NCBI GenBank assembly: GCA_010093815.1
Contig: ML996584.1
DNA length: 55,621 nucleotides
Reading direction: 5' to 3' (one strand)
Source of the DNA: Pseudovirgaria hyperparasitica
Lineage: Eukaryota
Translations under genes and position numbers: made by a program
In this document: positions 12,258-25,336 of the stretch, piece by piece
Position numbering within the stretch: position 1 is the stretch's first letter
Layout: each line of letters begins with the position of its first letter
The notes under the pieces: model-generated
Database searches by the model: none
Seen by the model: only the letters and a program-made list of their open reading frames with translations
Told to the model about the DNA's origin: nothing

Positions 12258-14230
12258 CTACCACTCATCGTTATCGTCCTCATCGTCTAGAATCATGTCA
12301 GAAAGGGGTCGTTGTTTGGAATATTACGTAGAAAGAATACTTACCACTATGGCTAACCTTCGATTTTCGTTCCGCCAACGCAACAGCCAATGCTCCTGCA
12401 AGGCCTCCTCCTGCTGCGGCTGCTCCTGCAGCTGCCGTTCCACCTCCACTGCTTGAGGCCGGCTCGTGCCCAGGGACCAGAGCTGCACTTCTATCCTTCT
12501 TCTCTGTATCACTGACTTTCTTTAGGCGAGCTCCATCACGAATACTAGCCATCAAGTCATTTCTACCGCCAGACGGCTGTGGTAACGGTGGTACATTTGC
12601 AGCTCCGCCATCTCGTCCTGGTAATGGAGGTGGAGGAGGAGCCTCACTACCAAGTGGCATTGGCATTGGCGGCGGTGGTGGTGGTGGAGGCGCACCCCCG
12701 GTAGGCAGTAAAGACGGCGGAGGAGGTGCATGGGTCGATGGGGGAGGTGGAGGTGGAGGTGGAGCGTTATTTAACGGTGGAAGGGGTGAAGGAGCAGGAG
12801 CACCACCTTGAGGTGGTAAAGGAGGGGGCCGAGATGTGGTTGGCAAGGGCGGCGGAAGGGGAGGCCCTGGGGTATCCCTACTTGGTGGTAATGGGGGAGG
12901 GACTCCTACAGGTGTCTTTGGAGGCAATGGCGGTGGTAAAGCATGTGAAGGCGGGACAGCGTGCGTTGCTAAAGATTCTCGCGCGGGCGGAGGCGGTGGA
13001 ACTGGTCCACGACTAGGGGGCGGTGGGGGACCTGACGGTACCCTTTGCCCTGTGAACGGCGGCGGGACTCCAAATCGTGATTGGGGCTCTTCTTCGACCT
13101 TTGGTGGTCTTGGAGGGGGTGGAGGACCAGGATTTGCTACGCTCGACGTCGCTCTGGCGCGAGATGGAGGCGGAGGGGCATTGCTGCCAGCAAACTTTCC
13201 GGCGTCTGAAAGGGGCGGAGGGGCCTTGAACTTCGGTCCTGGTGGAGGTGAAGGTGCTCTTGGTGGCGAAGGCGCGAGTTGAGCTGGTGCAGCATGACCA
13301 GATCTTCGGGCTGGTGGCAGCGCTGGAGGTGGTCCGCGTCTTGAGGCTGTAGTGCTTCCTGTATTCTGAGGGCTTATAGAAACCCTTCCAGGTGCAGCTC
13401 CAGGTGGCGGAGGTGGCGCCCTGCTGCGCTTATCCAACTGCAGAGCCTGATTGGCCTTATTTTGCTCAATGTATAATTTGACGAAATCAGCGTTTTGTTC
13501 CAGCTCGTCTCTTGTTATTCCCATCTTCATAACCTCTTCCAGTAGTGGCTGTATTGACGGATCTGAGAAGTCAATGCCGGAGTCGGTTTTGCTTGGTGCT
13601 GGGGAGGCTTGAGGAGGGCTTGCTATGAGTAGATCTTTGTGCGGTATGATGGACTGTGGTTGTGGTTGGGCTGCGTTGGAGCTCCTATGTCCAAAAAGAC
13701 CACCAAGAAGACCGTGAGATTTACCATTCGAGCTAGGTGCACCGTTCTGCCCATGTGATGCACCGAACGGCTTCGCCTTTGTTGCTTTGTGAGCATTTTT
13801 CTCCCTATCATCAACCTTCTTCTTGAATGTCTTTGCTTCCTTCTCATCAACAAAAGAGAACCCTGCTAAGCATTTCTCGAGCTCAAAAGTGTGGAAGAAA
13901 GTACGATCGGTGTTGTAAGAGAAGGTATCATAGATTTCCTGGTCCCAAAGCACTCCACGGCCGGCAGGCTGTATCAATTAATATGACATAGACGTAGAGA
14001 GACGTAGTTCGCGCACGTACCGATATATCTACCAGCTTAATCCAGTATGTATGCCCGACCAAGTCATTGGCGAGTACTGCAGCGCCTTGTAGACCAGTAT
14101 AAGTCCATCTATTTCGGTCAGGGTACGCCACGTATAGCTTCACCACTGCAACTGCCTGAATCTTGTTCTGTTGTTTGGGAACGACCCGTTTCACCGTTTG
14201 CTTGTCATCCTCGCTCAGTATTGAAGGCAT
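12258..14230 (-). CDS. LAS17: WASP/Las17 Arp2/3 activator (WH1, polyproline, WH2, acidic tail), 3 exons
   Basis: MPSILSEDDKQTVKRVVPK..AVVKLYVAYPDRNRWTYTGLQGA WH1 domain, polyproline tract, WH2 GRNDLMASIR..LKKV, last exon DDEDDNDEW* (TAG at 12258-12260). Confidence 0.95.
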
Positions 14231-14652
14231 TATATCGTGGCGTGATAAAGCGAGACGTTATACTCTCACTTGCCTTTACCAATAAATGCGTCGGGCATCG
14301 AAGACGTCTTTTCGTCGTGCCGAACCGAAGTTGAGAGCATGGGATAGATTGTTTGTTGAAGTTGAAATGGCTACCTTAGAGATGGGATATGAGGTAACGG
14401 AAGAGGGTCGAAAGCTTGGCACAAGATGGCCACTTCCAGATGGAGGCACTTGTGGATCCCGCTTCACTGATTAATTAATAATTATTATACCCTTGACTAC
14501 ACGCCAACCTTGCTGAAGTGTCAAGTTTGCTACTAACTTTTTAATTCATCTGCAAGTACGCCATCGTGAGAAACATCTGAAGAGTCTCTTCACCCCTGTG
14601 TGTCATGGTACAATGTGGGCTGCTCCAGCCGGCGAGTGTGAGGTAAGAGCTA

Positions 14653-15387
14653 TTACCGAATCATGCGCACGCGAGTGGTAGATTTCCTGATAGCGTAACC
14701 AAGAATAAGTTCGCAATCAGCTTTCAAATCCTCAAAGGAAGCAGTCAGTACTGACGGCCATAGTTGCATCGTGAGTGATCCTCTCAAGATCGGCGGCTCC
14801 TTCGAAGACGAAATTGGCTTGCCTGCGCTGTCAAATCCATGGTCATGCAAGACCTCTCTGAAAGCTTGCGAATATCGCTGATCCATCCAAGTTTTGACCG
14901 TTCCTTTGAAGGAGGATGCATGTGTGTTCTTATTCACTGACCACCAAAGACCTTCGTGTGGCCTCGACTGGATGCGTTTGCGAATAAATTCAGTCTTCAG
15001 TTTCTCGCGTCCAGAGACCAGTATATCAAACTCATACAAGAACGGGCGATACTCTGGGTGAAAATATGCTTTGGAATGCAGAATACTGTCTTCCACCCAG
15101 CCACCACCGACTCGAAACTCTTTCCGCTCAGATTGAAGTATCAAGCTTTTACCTGATCTACCATAAGGGAACATCCGCTTATATCCTCGATGCAGTATCT
15201 CCGGAGACTTCGCCTGCTTCACCAACTTGGAAGGGCCTGAGTCATGGAAACAAGTGACTTGGTGCTGAGAAGGGAGCCGTGATAGTGAGGTCGCATTCAC
15301 TATAGGCAGAGCTTGGGGCACCAAACCTCGACAGTCTGATACACGGATTAAGTCAGCTCGCCGCGCGAGGGTATAGTATCTCTTCAT
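14653..15387 (-). CDS. Hypothetical basic protein, possibly mitochondrial
   Basis: 244-aa ORF with Arg-rich N-terminus and a GLWWSV..QAFREVLHDHGFD..LRGSL core. Confidence 0.65.
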   Translation of the reverse strand: MKRYYTLARRADLIRVSDCRGLVPQALPIVNATSLSRLPSQHQVTCFHDSGPSKLVKQAKSPEILHRGYKRMFPYGRSGKSLILQSERKEFRVGGGWVEDSILHSKAYFHPEYRPFLYEFDILVSGREKLKTEFIRKRIQSRPHEGLWWSVNKNTHASSFKGTVKTWMDQRYSQAFREVLHDHGFDSAGKPISSSKEPPILRGSLTMQLWPSVLTASFEDLKADCELILGYAIRKSTTRVRMIR

Positions 15388-15900
15388 CCTGTTTTGTGGC
15401 TATATTAGCGCTGATTGCGGAAACGACAACAAAGATGAGACCAATGTACGTCCACGTCCAGGACCCTATCTACTAGAGGTTAGAAAGTAGAGAGCTTACG
15501 GTGAGTAAGACATTGAACCGAATCGCTGTTAATGTAGAATATAGCTCACGAGAGCACATGACAGATAAATCGCATTTTGATTCCACTCAACCTCATGTAG
15601 TAAGGTTGGGTCACTGTTGAACCATCCCAATTGAAGGACTTTATGTTGTACTCGACCTCTTTCAGGTGAAATCCTGCTTATTATGTAAGATAGACTCTGC
15701 CAGACTAGGATTAGCGCATATTAGCGCTCTCATTGAACCTTACCCCTCCAAAGCCACAACTCAAGAGCCCTCTTGAGAAACCGACCACTCTTTCTCTCAT
15801 ACTCCAACCCAAAGCCTTTCCTTCCTACCAACTCCAAGTCGCACAGGGCCTTTAATCGCCACCACTACATCGAAGAAAAGACAAAAGAACTCCCGCCAAT

Positions 15901-16507
15901 ATGCCTAAGAATAAGGGAAAGGTACCATCTCATCGCCGCCGGAATACCCCGCTACATACAAGAAGCCCGGGCACCTAGGCTAATACACAGACTTTAGGGA
16001 GGTAAAAATCGAAGAAGGGGGAAGAACGAGAACGACAACGAGAAGCGCGAGCTGACCTTCAAGGAGGAAGGACAAGGTATGCCTTTGTTCTCTCCAAGTC
16101 GCCAACCACCTTGCTCGTGCGACCACGTACTGACAGCTTTCTCCATAGAGTACGCTCAAGTCACCAAGATGCTCGGTAACGGCCGGCTCGAGGCACAGTG
16201 CTTCGATGGCACACGGCGCCTGGCCCATATTCGCGGCAAGCTGCGGAAGAAAGTTTGGATCAACCAGGGCGATATCATCTTGCTCTCGCTGCGCGACTAT
16301 CAGGACGAAAAGGGTGATGTGATTCTCAAGTACACGGCCGACGAAGCCCGAAGTCTGAAGGCATATGGCGAGCTTCCCGAGAATGCGAAGATCAACGAGA
16401 CCGATACATACGGTGAACAAGGCGACGAGGGCATCGGCTTTGAGTTTGACGAGGACAGAGACGACGAGAGTGATTCTGACAAGGAGATTGATGTAGATGA
16501 CATTTGA
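15901..16507 (+). CDS. TIF11: Translation initiation factor eIF1A (3 exons)
   Basis: [66 protein letters not shown]..acidic tail DIDVDDI-like; canonical introns. Confidence 0.97.
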
Positions 16508-16917
16508 AAGGACTTTAATGGTGAACATATGGCTAGACAGGCTATATTATCCAGATTATGCATGCTTGGGCGTCTTGCGTACCGCATAGGGATCTTCACG
16601 TTGTCGTTGCATAGCACGAGGTGCCGTGCAGAGAAGGACAGAGCTAGTCGACAAAGGCTTTGCCGGCCACAGCGACCGCTTCTTTTGCAAACTGTTGAAA
16701 GATAGATTAAGAATGCACTGTTTGGAAGCCTACATACTCATGATCCAACGCAAGTTTGAACGATTAATGGGTCGTCTACTTTTTCGTCACTCGGGCGCCT
16801 AGATCGTCTTTCTAATGTTACATGATTTTAGCTATGCTAATCACCTGCTTGCTTCTGCGGCGTACCGACTATTCAATTGCCACCCAGAAAACCGCATAAT
16901 AGCCCACTATCATTCAT

Positions 16918-19805
16918 TCATACATCATACACGTTTCGATTGAAGAATCTAAAGATTTGCCTGCCCGCCTCCTTGCCAATCATCCTCGACAACGTCTCCT
17001 CTTCCATATTCGCCAGCTCCTGAATAGTTCCCACCTCCAACGTCAGCCGGGCCAAGTTCTTCGCTGTAACACCTGGCACAGCACGCAGCATATCCTGGGG
17101 TACCTGACTAAACATTCGGTTTTCCTCCGCAGCCTCGCCATGCTGCAGCCCAATCTGCACAGCTCGGATAGGATCCGGTTCGTCCTGTTGTTTCTTGAGC
17201 TCCTCGAAGATTTCTGCAGTCTGGTATGGCGAGCTACTCCACACAATCCGCAGTCTCGGGAATGCGATAGTAAGCAGGACTAGTTTGCTTTGCACGTCGG
17301 AGGCGTAAGTAGTGCTTGTAGAGCTCAAGTCGGCGAAAGGCTCGAGTGTGAAAGACTTGTTCTGGTTGAATTCGATGAGCAACATTGGGTTCTTGTAGTA
17401 CTGTAGCATGGTCTCGGCTTGGTTGTAGAGACGACCGTTGTTCAAGGAAGAGATCAGATCGCCGATAGACTTGCGCTCGATGGCGATGTTAGGAGTGAGG
17501 ACGTAGTCGCCGACTGTCAGCATGCATGGGATGACAATCATGTTGCGGGCGTGAAGGAGCGAAGGGAGGGAAGAGCGAAATTCTCGGACGTCGACCACGA
17601 CGCGCGGAGGGGAGGCTGTCGCGGCGAGACGTCCTCCGCCTGCAATACGTGTGTTGATAGTTCGTAGGAACTGCTCCTGGGGGTCCGTGATGGAGTTGGA
17701 GTCTAAGGTCAGGGCCATAGTTCCTCTTTCACGGATGAGCTTCGTAAAAGCGTCCTTCTCCTTTCTGACGGCGCTGAGATAGCGTTGCTCCTCGACGGAG
17801 TTCCCATAGTACATAAAGTAGACTCGAACGCTCCGGTCGCTGTGAGAGCTGCGATATACTTCAACTCGGCGGATGAAGGCAGCATCTGGTTCATACATGA
17901 TAATGTAGCGTGGCTTCGTTTCTTCTAGAACATGCTCATCCATGTCACCATCATAAGGATGCACGACGATCAGTTCACTCATATCGAACATTTCGAAGTA
18001 GCTTTCCATGTCTTCTAGGGGGTCCGCACCAATCTCAATTTTTTGTGCGGTCTCGATATCGGTTGGTGCAAGTTCAGAGAGTAGGCTAGCAATATGGGTA
18101 TCTTTGTCGCCAGCTGTATAGCCAATATCATTCCGTCCTGGGCCTGCAGCACCGCCACCCCTTATACGGCGTCTTTTATTTGGGGGAGCTTTGCCTTTGT
18201 TCTGTAGCGCTCGCTGCTCCGTTGAGCCATTGCTATTTATTGACTTCTGGTGCTCTGAAAACAAAGTCGCCCGTACAGTCGTGAAATCGCGCCTCCAATT
18301 TAGGTAGTTACGAAGTTTGCGTCGCATCATGAAAGTCCCTGAAGGTCCCCTCGGTTCTTCCGGAACGTCATTGCCTGCCCCTTCTGTCTTGTCTGTCGGT
18401 ACAACATGCATTGTCTGAAGATACTCTCGTATTTGGCGACAAGTGTCTTGATCTCCGCACATGACAAGTATAGCACCGCTCGATCCGTCTTGAATCGTTG
18501 GGTTGAAATATACATCTTGCTCTATCTCCTGTAGTATCTCGGCAAGGAGGTCCCACTTTGGAAGTTCTTCAAGTACTGGCCTGAGGGCATCACTACGGCC
18601 TCGATCTATGTCTACATTCTTAACATCTCCTGTGTATACGCGCCGCTTGGCTATGTCAAAAATGGTATGTGCAGCATCGAGGAATAGCCATGGTGACTGG
18701 TTTTGTCTTGTAGATCCGGGAGGTGGCGAGGAAGCCGCACGAACTGTATCGAGGTATCTATTGAAGGTGACAGCATCATAAGTCAAGAGGGCACTATAGG
18801 CACGTTAGGGAACTTTGAGTCTACAAGTGGGTATACCAACTCACTGAAGGATATTTCGAAGCAAGGTCAGATCACGGACTATTTGCCTTGTTTTGAAACT
18901 GGTTCGGTGCCATACTGGGTCTAATTGTCTCCTTACGATCTGGTCAAAGTTCCTATGGAGAGCGCTGTCTAGATTCCAGTCGTCCATCTCCAGGCCTGAA
19001 TTGTTCTTCTTCAACTCTGTTATGCTCACTTCGACACACTCGAGGACTGCGTTCTGTATAGCGCGCATTCCTTCCGTCATAGGGACTTCGAGCTCAATAA
19101 CTTCTGCCTTTCGTCGTCCTTCTAGAGATTCTGCTACTGTGAGGTGGAATCGTGGGTATAGGGAGGGCTTCCGGAGGAACAGATTCCGCATCATATTTGC
19201 CAAGGGGGAAAAGCCAGTTGTGAATGGCTCGGGTGCATCTGAAAAGGCCTTCAAGAAGCCTGCCTTGTTCTTCTGTCGATATATACGCAGTATAAAAGCT
19301 TCAAGGGAGGTCGCCATGACCTTCTCAGCATGTAATACCACAGCCCCAGTTATAGTCGCAGGATCGAGTAGACCAGAGAGGAGATCCACAATCAGAATCC
19401 GTGACGTGACGCTGAATATTCCTCCACCGGAGTACATTTTTTCCCGCGTTGCAACACTCATCAGGTCTGTGTTCACAAGGTTCAGTCCCCTGCATTTGGG
19501 TGCCACGCTGACAGTGGCATGCTCAGCTAGAGCTTCACCAATCCAACCATTTTCACGATCGTCGGCTCCGATGAGCAGCACGAGGTTGTGGCCGGCAGCG
19601 TCGTAGGAGTGTAAAAGGTTGGTGACGATGCGCAGTAGGCCTAGCCCTCGCGCGATGATGACAAGCTCATCATCTTGGTGAAGTTCTTTGAAGATGTCCT
19701 GCTGGTAGGCCTACGATTTTATCAGGTACACATTCCGATTTCCAGTATCCATATGCTTACCAACGGCAGCGAAAGTTTCACCGGGGCCTTCTCATTGTCA
19801 GGCAT
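16918..19805 (-). CDS. RAD1: XPF/Rad1/MEI-9 structure-specific DNA repair endonuclease (3 exons)
   Basis: ATG at 19805 (MPDNEKAPVKLSLPL|AYQQDIF..ARGLGL); ORFs 18841..19581 and 16918..18786. ERCC4 nuclease motifs VVVDVREFRSSLP and GDYVLTPNIAIERKS; C-terminal HhH. Confidence 0.96.
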
Positions 19806-21312
19806 TTGGCACGATCACGCGCCGAGGGAAGAAGATTACTAAGATCTAGGCACGATTGAAATTGGGCAAGACTAGGACGTCCTATCCTAGGAGCACCGAA
19901 TTGCTCTACATCTGACAAGAGAGTGCTGTCATAATCGATCGCGATCTGTGCATACCAAAGGTATTACAGGATGAATTGCCTTGTTGCCTGGGGCATACAC
20001 TAGACTTCATCGGGCACTAGCTCACTAGAATGCGGGGAAATGGTACAGCGAAATAAAGCTCGATGAACAGCATGTTTGTTTCTGATATACGGAGGACAAT
20101 AGGATATATACAAAGACTCTAGATAAATTGGAGGATCCGTTCATTTGCTGTAGACCTGCCAGTGTCCAGTTAACTATGGTCTGTCTCATGCTCCGAGATA
20201 CTATTCAGGTAAATGGCACTATCAGAGATCCATCCATAGCCACAGCGATAGCCACATGGCCCACGAACTGGCATCCGAGTGGCTATGGAATCAATGGATA
20301 ATCAACAGGTAACTCGCGAATGCACGTCACAGATGACGGCTTGCAGTGTTGCCGAGACTCACTTCAGGCAATCACCAACACTAATCCTTAAGATACGTAT
20401 GCGCCTGCGTACTATGTATACATCTAGATGCGACGCTGATCAAGACTGACCTGCAAAAGAGGCCTGCGCCATGGACAGCCAAGAGGGGCTCGAAGGGAGC
20501 AATCCGGACTTTGTATTGTTTCATATGACAATGTTGAACAATAATATAATGGCATCGTGGTCGGAAATATTGGAATGTTCCGTGACCCAAAGGTCTACGC
20601 CGCGGTCGCTTGTGGTGATTATTAGAAGTAATCAGTACAACGCAGAGGGATATCCATTACTATTATCCATTGTAGCTGGACGTAGGTACATGGATACCTA
20701 ATTAACCTAAACGTCCAACAGTCCAACAGTCCCGTAGCTGCACAGTGACCTCATCCGCCCTCTCCAGATCTTTTTTTCCTCTTCCCATGGTTCTAAAGGC
20801 CGTAGCTAGCTTCTTACATCTTCCGTCCCGGTCTAAATTGTCCTTTGACTGACGTGCCTAATACCAGGTACCTACTATATACCTACTACCCAGTCTCTTC
20901 TTCTCTGGTTTTTCTTTGCTCTTTTCGTCTCCTCACGTCTGTGCTGAGCGACAGCGACATCGACATCGACAGCGATACCGACAACGTCTGCTCGTGCCAA
21001 CAAGCTCTGCCTATTGCCCAGGCCTCATCTCTATCATTATCATTATTATCACAATGAATCTGCCATCCCTGTTCTAATTGCCCGCTCTCAACGTTTTATC
21101 GCTTTGTACTCCCAACTGCAGTCTAACCTTATCTCAACCACCTACGCTCTTGGCCGCAACTCCGACTTCGACCTCGTACCGTCCCACGTCGCACGCGTAC
21201 CTCTTGCTGTCAAAGTCGTGTCGACGTCTTCATTGTCGACTCTGTGTGTTGTACCCTGCTTCTTGTCATTTCTTTCTGTCTTCTACGCTTCATTCACTGG
21301 CTTCCCTTCACC

Positions 21313-22611
21313 ATGGCTTTCCTCGTGTCTTTCGATGACTCCGACTCGGACTCTACACCTGATGAGCACATACCTCCCAATTCTACTTCCAACCCTTCCG
21401 ATAGCATGTCTCCCCAATCGAATCTTGTTCACAGACAGTCAAGGCCTCTTCCTTTGCAGGTATCGCAACCTGTACCTTCTCCAAAGACAGCTGCTCTGGA
21501 CACACCTCCTACGACACCTCTGTCGGACAGCATGCGAACGGTATCGATACCAGAAACCTCGCGTGCTTCTAGTGATATGTCTCGCCGTTCCGTCGATTTC
21601 ACGATGAACGATTCTCGGCATTCTCCCCTGCAATTCGACTTCTCGGCCACAGACTACACCGTCTCTACCACAAAGGTTCTCGGCGAAGGTCTATGGAGTA
21701 ACGTCTATCTGGCACAACCGACCCCTGCCCGGTCAAAGAGCTCCCGTGAAGTACTCACACCACCTTTGACACCTATCAAGAGTCGCTCACGACCCGACCC
21801 AAATGTTACGTCGGTCCCGACTGCCTATGCGATCAAGACGCCAACCTCACGCTCTGCCCGAAATGTACTTACGGCAGAAGCGCGAGTTTTGAGCTATGTC
21901 ACCGCCATTCCTGAAGTTTCATCCTTCGTAGTCCCTTTTTACGGTCAGGACACCCGGAATGGTGCCCTCGTTCTCGCCGCCATGCCAGAGACGCTCGAAA
22001 TGTTCATCGACTCCAAGCTGAATCGCTTATCAGAATCAGATCGTTCCAAGTACTTGGCGATGATTTTTCCTTCCTTTGCACTGCGCATGGTCAAAGGCAT
22101 GGAGTCACTGCACTCCGTTGGAGTAGTGCACGCCGATCTCAAACCTTCAAACATTTTATTACAGACGAACACCCATGGTCCTCCGAAGCCGTTCTATGCC
22201 GACTTCTCCTCCTCAGTACCGCCGCCCCACCTTCAAATTGTCAATGAGAAGACGGCCACATCGCTTGGTGGTGGAACTTGGGATTTCCTTTCTCCTATCC
22301 TACTTAAAGAAGACATCAATCCAACTCCACGAACGGACATCCATGCACTGGTCATTTCATTCTTGTTTCTTATATTTGGTGCTTCGCCCTTCGACTCCGT
22401 TGGCAGCAATGTCTTCCTACGCAGAGAGATGGTCAAGCAGAATCAGGCCATCAACGCCGGTTTGAATAGTACGCAGAACTTCAGGCGCCTGCAGAGTCTG
22501 CAGAAGTCTTTTGATTGGGATGTAACGTGCTGGTTGGAAAAGGGGCTTGGAACCAAAGACATCAATCTCAAGGCTTGGACAGAAGAGCTCGAGAACAGAC
22601 TTTGCCGTTAG
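21313..22611 (+). CDS. Divergent fungal Ser/Thr protein kinase-like protein
   Basis: ORF 21244..22611, likely ATG at 21313. LGEGLWSNV Gly-loop, YAIK, VVHADLKPSNILL, ADFS; no APE motif (GGGTWDF instead). Confidence 0.8.
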   Translation: MAFLVSFDDSDSDSTPDEHIPPNSTSNPSDSMSPQSNLVHRQSRPLPLQVSQPVPSPKTAALDTPPTTPLSDSMRTVSIPETSRASSDMSRRSVDFTMNDSRHSPLQFDFSATDYTVSTTKVLGEGLWSNVYLAQPTPARSKSSREVLTPPLTPIKSRSRPDPNVTSVPTAYAIKTPTSRSARNVLTAEARVLSYVTAIPEVSSFVVPFYGQDTRNGALVLAAMPETLEMFIDSKLNRLSESDRSKYLAMIFPSFALRMVKGMESLHSVGVVHADLKPSNILLQTNTHGPPKPFYADFSSSVPPPHLQIVNEKTATSLGGGTWDFLSPILLKEDINPTPRTDIHALVISFLFLIFGASPFDSVGSNVFLRREMVKQNQAINAGLNSTQNFRRLQSLQKSFDWDVTCWLEKGLGTKDINLKAWTEELENRLCR

Positions 22612-24187
22612 CTACCGCGCATGAACCGCAATTACGAGAGATGAAAGTACGACAAGAGACAGGCAGTACAATTTCTTTACACGTTCGTTTTATACCCTCA
22701 TCGCATGGCTTTCTCTGGCGTCCTCGGCATCCTTTGGCTATAGTATGCTACACACTTGTTTTCATTAGTCTTCCCTGTCTGTTTATTTGATCTTACATGG
22801 CGTCATATTTCACAACGCAGCGATACGGGCGCAAAAACAATACGCCCTGCGCCATGTACTACGCAGGTCGCATAGATCTATAGACAACCTTATCAGCATA
22901 TACTATATTAGACGCATCAGACGATCTCTCGATCTGTATCAATACAGCCAAATTCGCGCATGAGCGCATAACTTTTTTCTCTTGAACCCTCGCTCCATGC
23001 ATTAGTGCGGACCCGTCGTGGCGTCTGTATCGCTACTTCGGTAATGTTAGCCGCAGCAGGAACATTGTGCTTGTTAGGTCGAATCAGTGAAAACCCAGAC
23101 CCATGTGGCAGCTTCGCCAGAGTCTATCTTATTCGCTTCAGAAATGCTAAGTCAGACAATAGACTCGGAGACTCTTGAATATTAGTGTGACTGTAATTGC
23201 AGCTTTGCAGCATGAAATTGTCGCACACAAAACATGTCGATTGATGTGCCTGTTCGTTGTAGGCTTTGGGGCTCAAGCCATTGGTGACTTCGCTTTCTAA
23301 CAGATACAAAAGCGTTTCACGCTCTCTGCAAAACACAATTTTCATGTATGTTACCCTAGGTATTGTAGTAATGTATTCTTGGGGTATAATTAGCACTTCT
23401 AGTCACAAGACTTTGGATCTCATAACGGCTAGAAAGTCTAAGTATACCAGAATTCTTACGGCCTACTCTTGTAACGCCGGTTGTTGTGCAAGAAATCACT
23501 CATTAGACAGTCTCAAAAAGAGGGAGCAAAGCTATAGTAAACTATATACCTTACTAAATAGGTCGGCGACTACTTGATATCCTCGTAAACATTGAATATA
23601 TAAAGAGATATACCCTCAATACTGGATATCTAATTAGTAACTTTACAACCTACCTGCTCCAGTCTTCAACACTGGTTTGCAAACCTATAGACCATGATAG
23701 TGGATTTACTCCTAAAGGCAGGGAGCTCGTCTTCTTCAGTCTCTTCAGCATGATGGGCAAAATGGGTGCTTTCATTGACCCTCTCATAAGAAGTGCGATC
23801 ATCAATGATACGGCAATAAGTCGTCGCCATTTAAGTTGCTCTTCGTTCTTAGCATATCAGCTGCCATCTGGCTATACTTTTACGTCAATCTCCAGCAGAG
23901 CCGTATTGAGCAAGCCAGATTTTCTGAGCGGGAAGATGTTCTGAAGGGAACGCTAATGAATTCAAAAGCATGTAAATGACAAGCATCAGCAGTCAGAAAT
24001 CATAACATGAGACTACTCTATGCTAGGTCTAAAAAGTGAGTCCTGTACTGGACTGCCTAAGGCAGCCATACATTTCATGACGTCAATAAATTGCACTACG
24101 AATCTAGGGGCACCAGGGCTTAATGCGTGAAGCGGTGAGCAGCACTTTCATTGTAGAGGTACAACACCAAACTTTGACATAAATCTC

Positions 24188-25336
24188 ATGGCGTCAATAG
24201 TGAAGCAGAAAATACGCGACTCTATCAAAGAGTCTAGTTCTGAGCAACCAGACTCGGGACTGCAGAATAAATACCTCCTTTCAGTATCAGCTGGTCCTTC
24301 GTACGAACCAAGTACCCACAAACGCGTCCTTGTCAATGACCCTCATGAGGCATGTACTTTCTCAAATGAATTCATGACTGTAAAAGTTAAGGTTCGCATC
24401 AGGGATTATCATGGCCTACCAACGGGGTCACCCACTACTTCGACTTACTTTGACGATAAGTCACACACCAAAGACATGTATAGCGTTGGGTTCTCATTTG
24501 TCCCGAAAATGGATCTCAGCACCACTGATATTGTGTGGGGTAACGACTTCGACCACCCGGTGCGCGATCGTCTTCCACCAGGCTTCAATACGGCTTTCAG
24601 GATAGTCAAGGAGTTCATCGACCCAGGCCTGAGCTGCGATGCTTATGCCGACAAGCCATGGCTCTACGGACCGGCGCTTTCTTGTTGGTTCCGCTTCCGT
24701 ATTGGCGAAGTGCAACATACTCTAAATGAAAGCCCATTTCCATGCGCCGACGAATCACATCCGCTCGAAGAGGGTGCGGATGGCACGGGAACTGATACTC
24801 GCAGCGCAGCCGGTATGCCAGAAGACTCCGAGAAACGCAGAAAATTTTTCCTCGACGCCAGGAACCGCGACAAACTCACCTTCGAAAAGGACCGTGTCTA
24901 CCAGGGTGATTTCTTTAACCCTTATTTAGACTTTTCCAAATTCGCGTTGCGCCTGCCAGGCTTCTCGTTGGGCGTGCTGAGGTATATTGACGATAAGAGT
25001 CACACGCTACGGTACACGTGTAAAAACAACAAAACCGGGGATGTGTATTTCGTCGTCATCTTCAAGCTCTTGTTCGGGGAAGAATTGAGACGGGCATTGG
25101 AGAGTGATAGGGTCCCCAGCCATGTGGAGGACTGTGGTACCAGGGGCCACGAAGATAACCAGGAGGATAGCCAGGATCATAACCAGGAGGAACATGACTC
25201 TAGATATCAGTGCGTGCAGGAGGGCACAACACGAACATCGGTACAGGATACAAGCCATGATGAGATCAAAGAAGCGCTAGAGAAGACGTGCACATCTGAC
25301 TACACAGAACAAAAGACGAGTATATTTGATATTTAA
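24188..25336 (+). CDS. DUF1769-family protein
   Basis: KYLLSVSAGPSY, VRIRDYHGLP, IVWGNDFDHPVRDRLPPGFNTAFRIVKEFIDPGL..D.PWLYGPALS and DFFNPYLDF motifs recognised from this family. Confidence 0.8.
   Translation: MASIVKQKIRDSIKESSSEQPDSGLQNKYLLSVSAGPSYEPSTHKRVLVNDPHEACTFSNEFMTVKVKVRIRDYHGLPTGSPTTSTYFDDKSHTKDMYSVGFSFVPKMDLSTTDIVWGNDFDHPVRDRLPPGFNTAFRIVKEFIDPGLSCDAYADKPWLYGPALSCWFRFRIGEVQHTLNESPFPCADESHPLEEGADGTGTDTRSAAGMPEDSEKRRKFFLDARNRDKLTFEKDRVYQGDFFNPYLDFSKFALRLPGFSLGVLRYIDDKSHTLRYTCKNNKTGDVYFVVIFKLLFGEELRRALESDRVPSHVEDCGTRGHEDNQEDSQDHNQEEHDSRYQCVQEGTTRTSVQDTSHDEIKEALEKTCTSDYTEQKTSIFDI

Noticed and set aside
12726..13282. Gly-rich plus-strand ORFs
   Set aside because: Antisense shadow of the polyproline region of WASP/Las17.
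18893..19606. 237-aa plus-strand ORF, and similar antisense ORFs over ARG5,6, eIF1A and the WKF gene
   Set aside because: Antisense to well-supported conserved genes, with no motifs of their own.
21014..21607. 197-aa ORF overlapping the kinase start, plus an SDSDIDID hexamer repeat near 20947
   Set aside because: Begins at a non-ATG codon in a pyrimidine-rich leader with low-complexity translation; no evidence for a real uORF or protein.
23124..23830. Possible decayed minus-strand gene (MATTYCRIIDD.. and ORF 23124..23396) with mild TpA enrichment
   Set aside because: Multiple stops, inconsistent frames and no recognisable motif; cannot be supported without a homology search.
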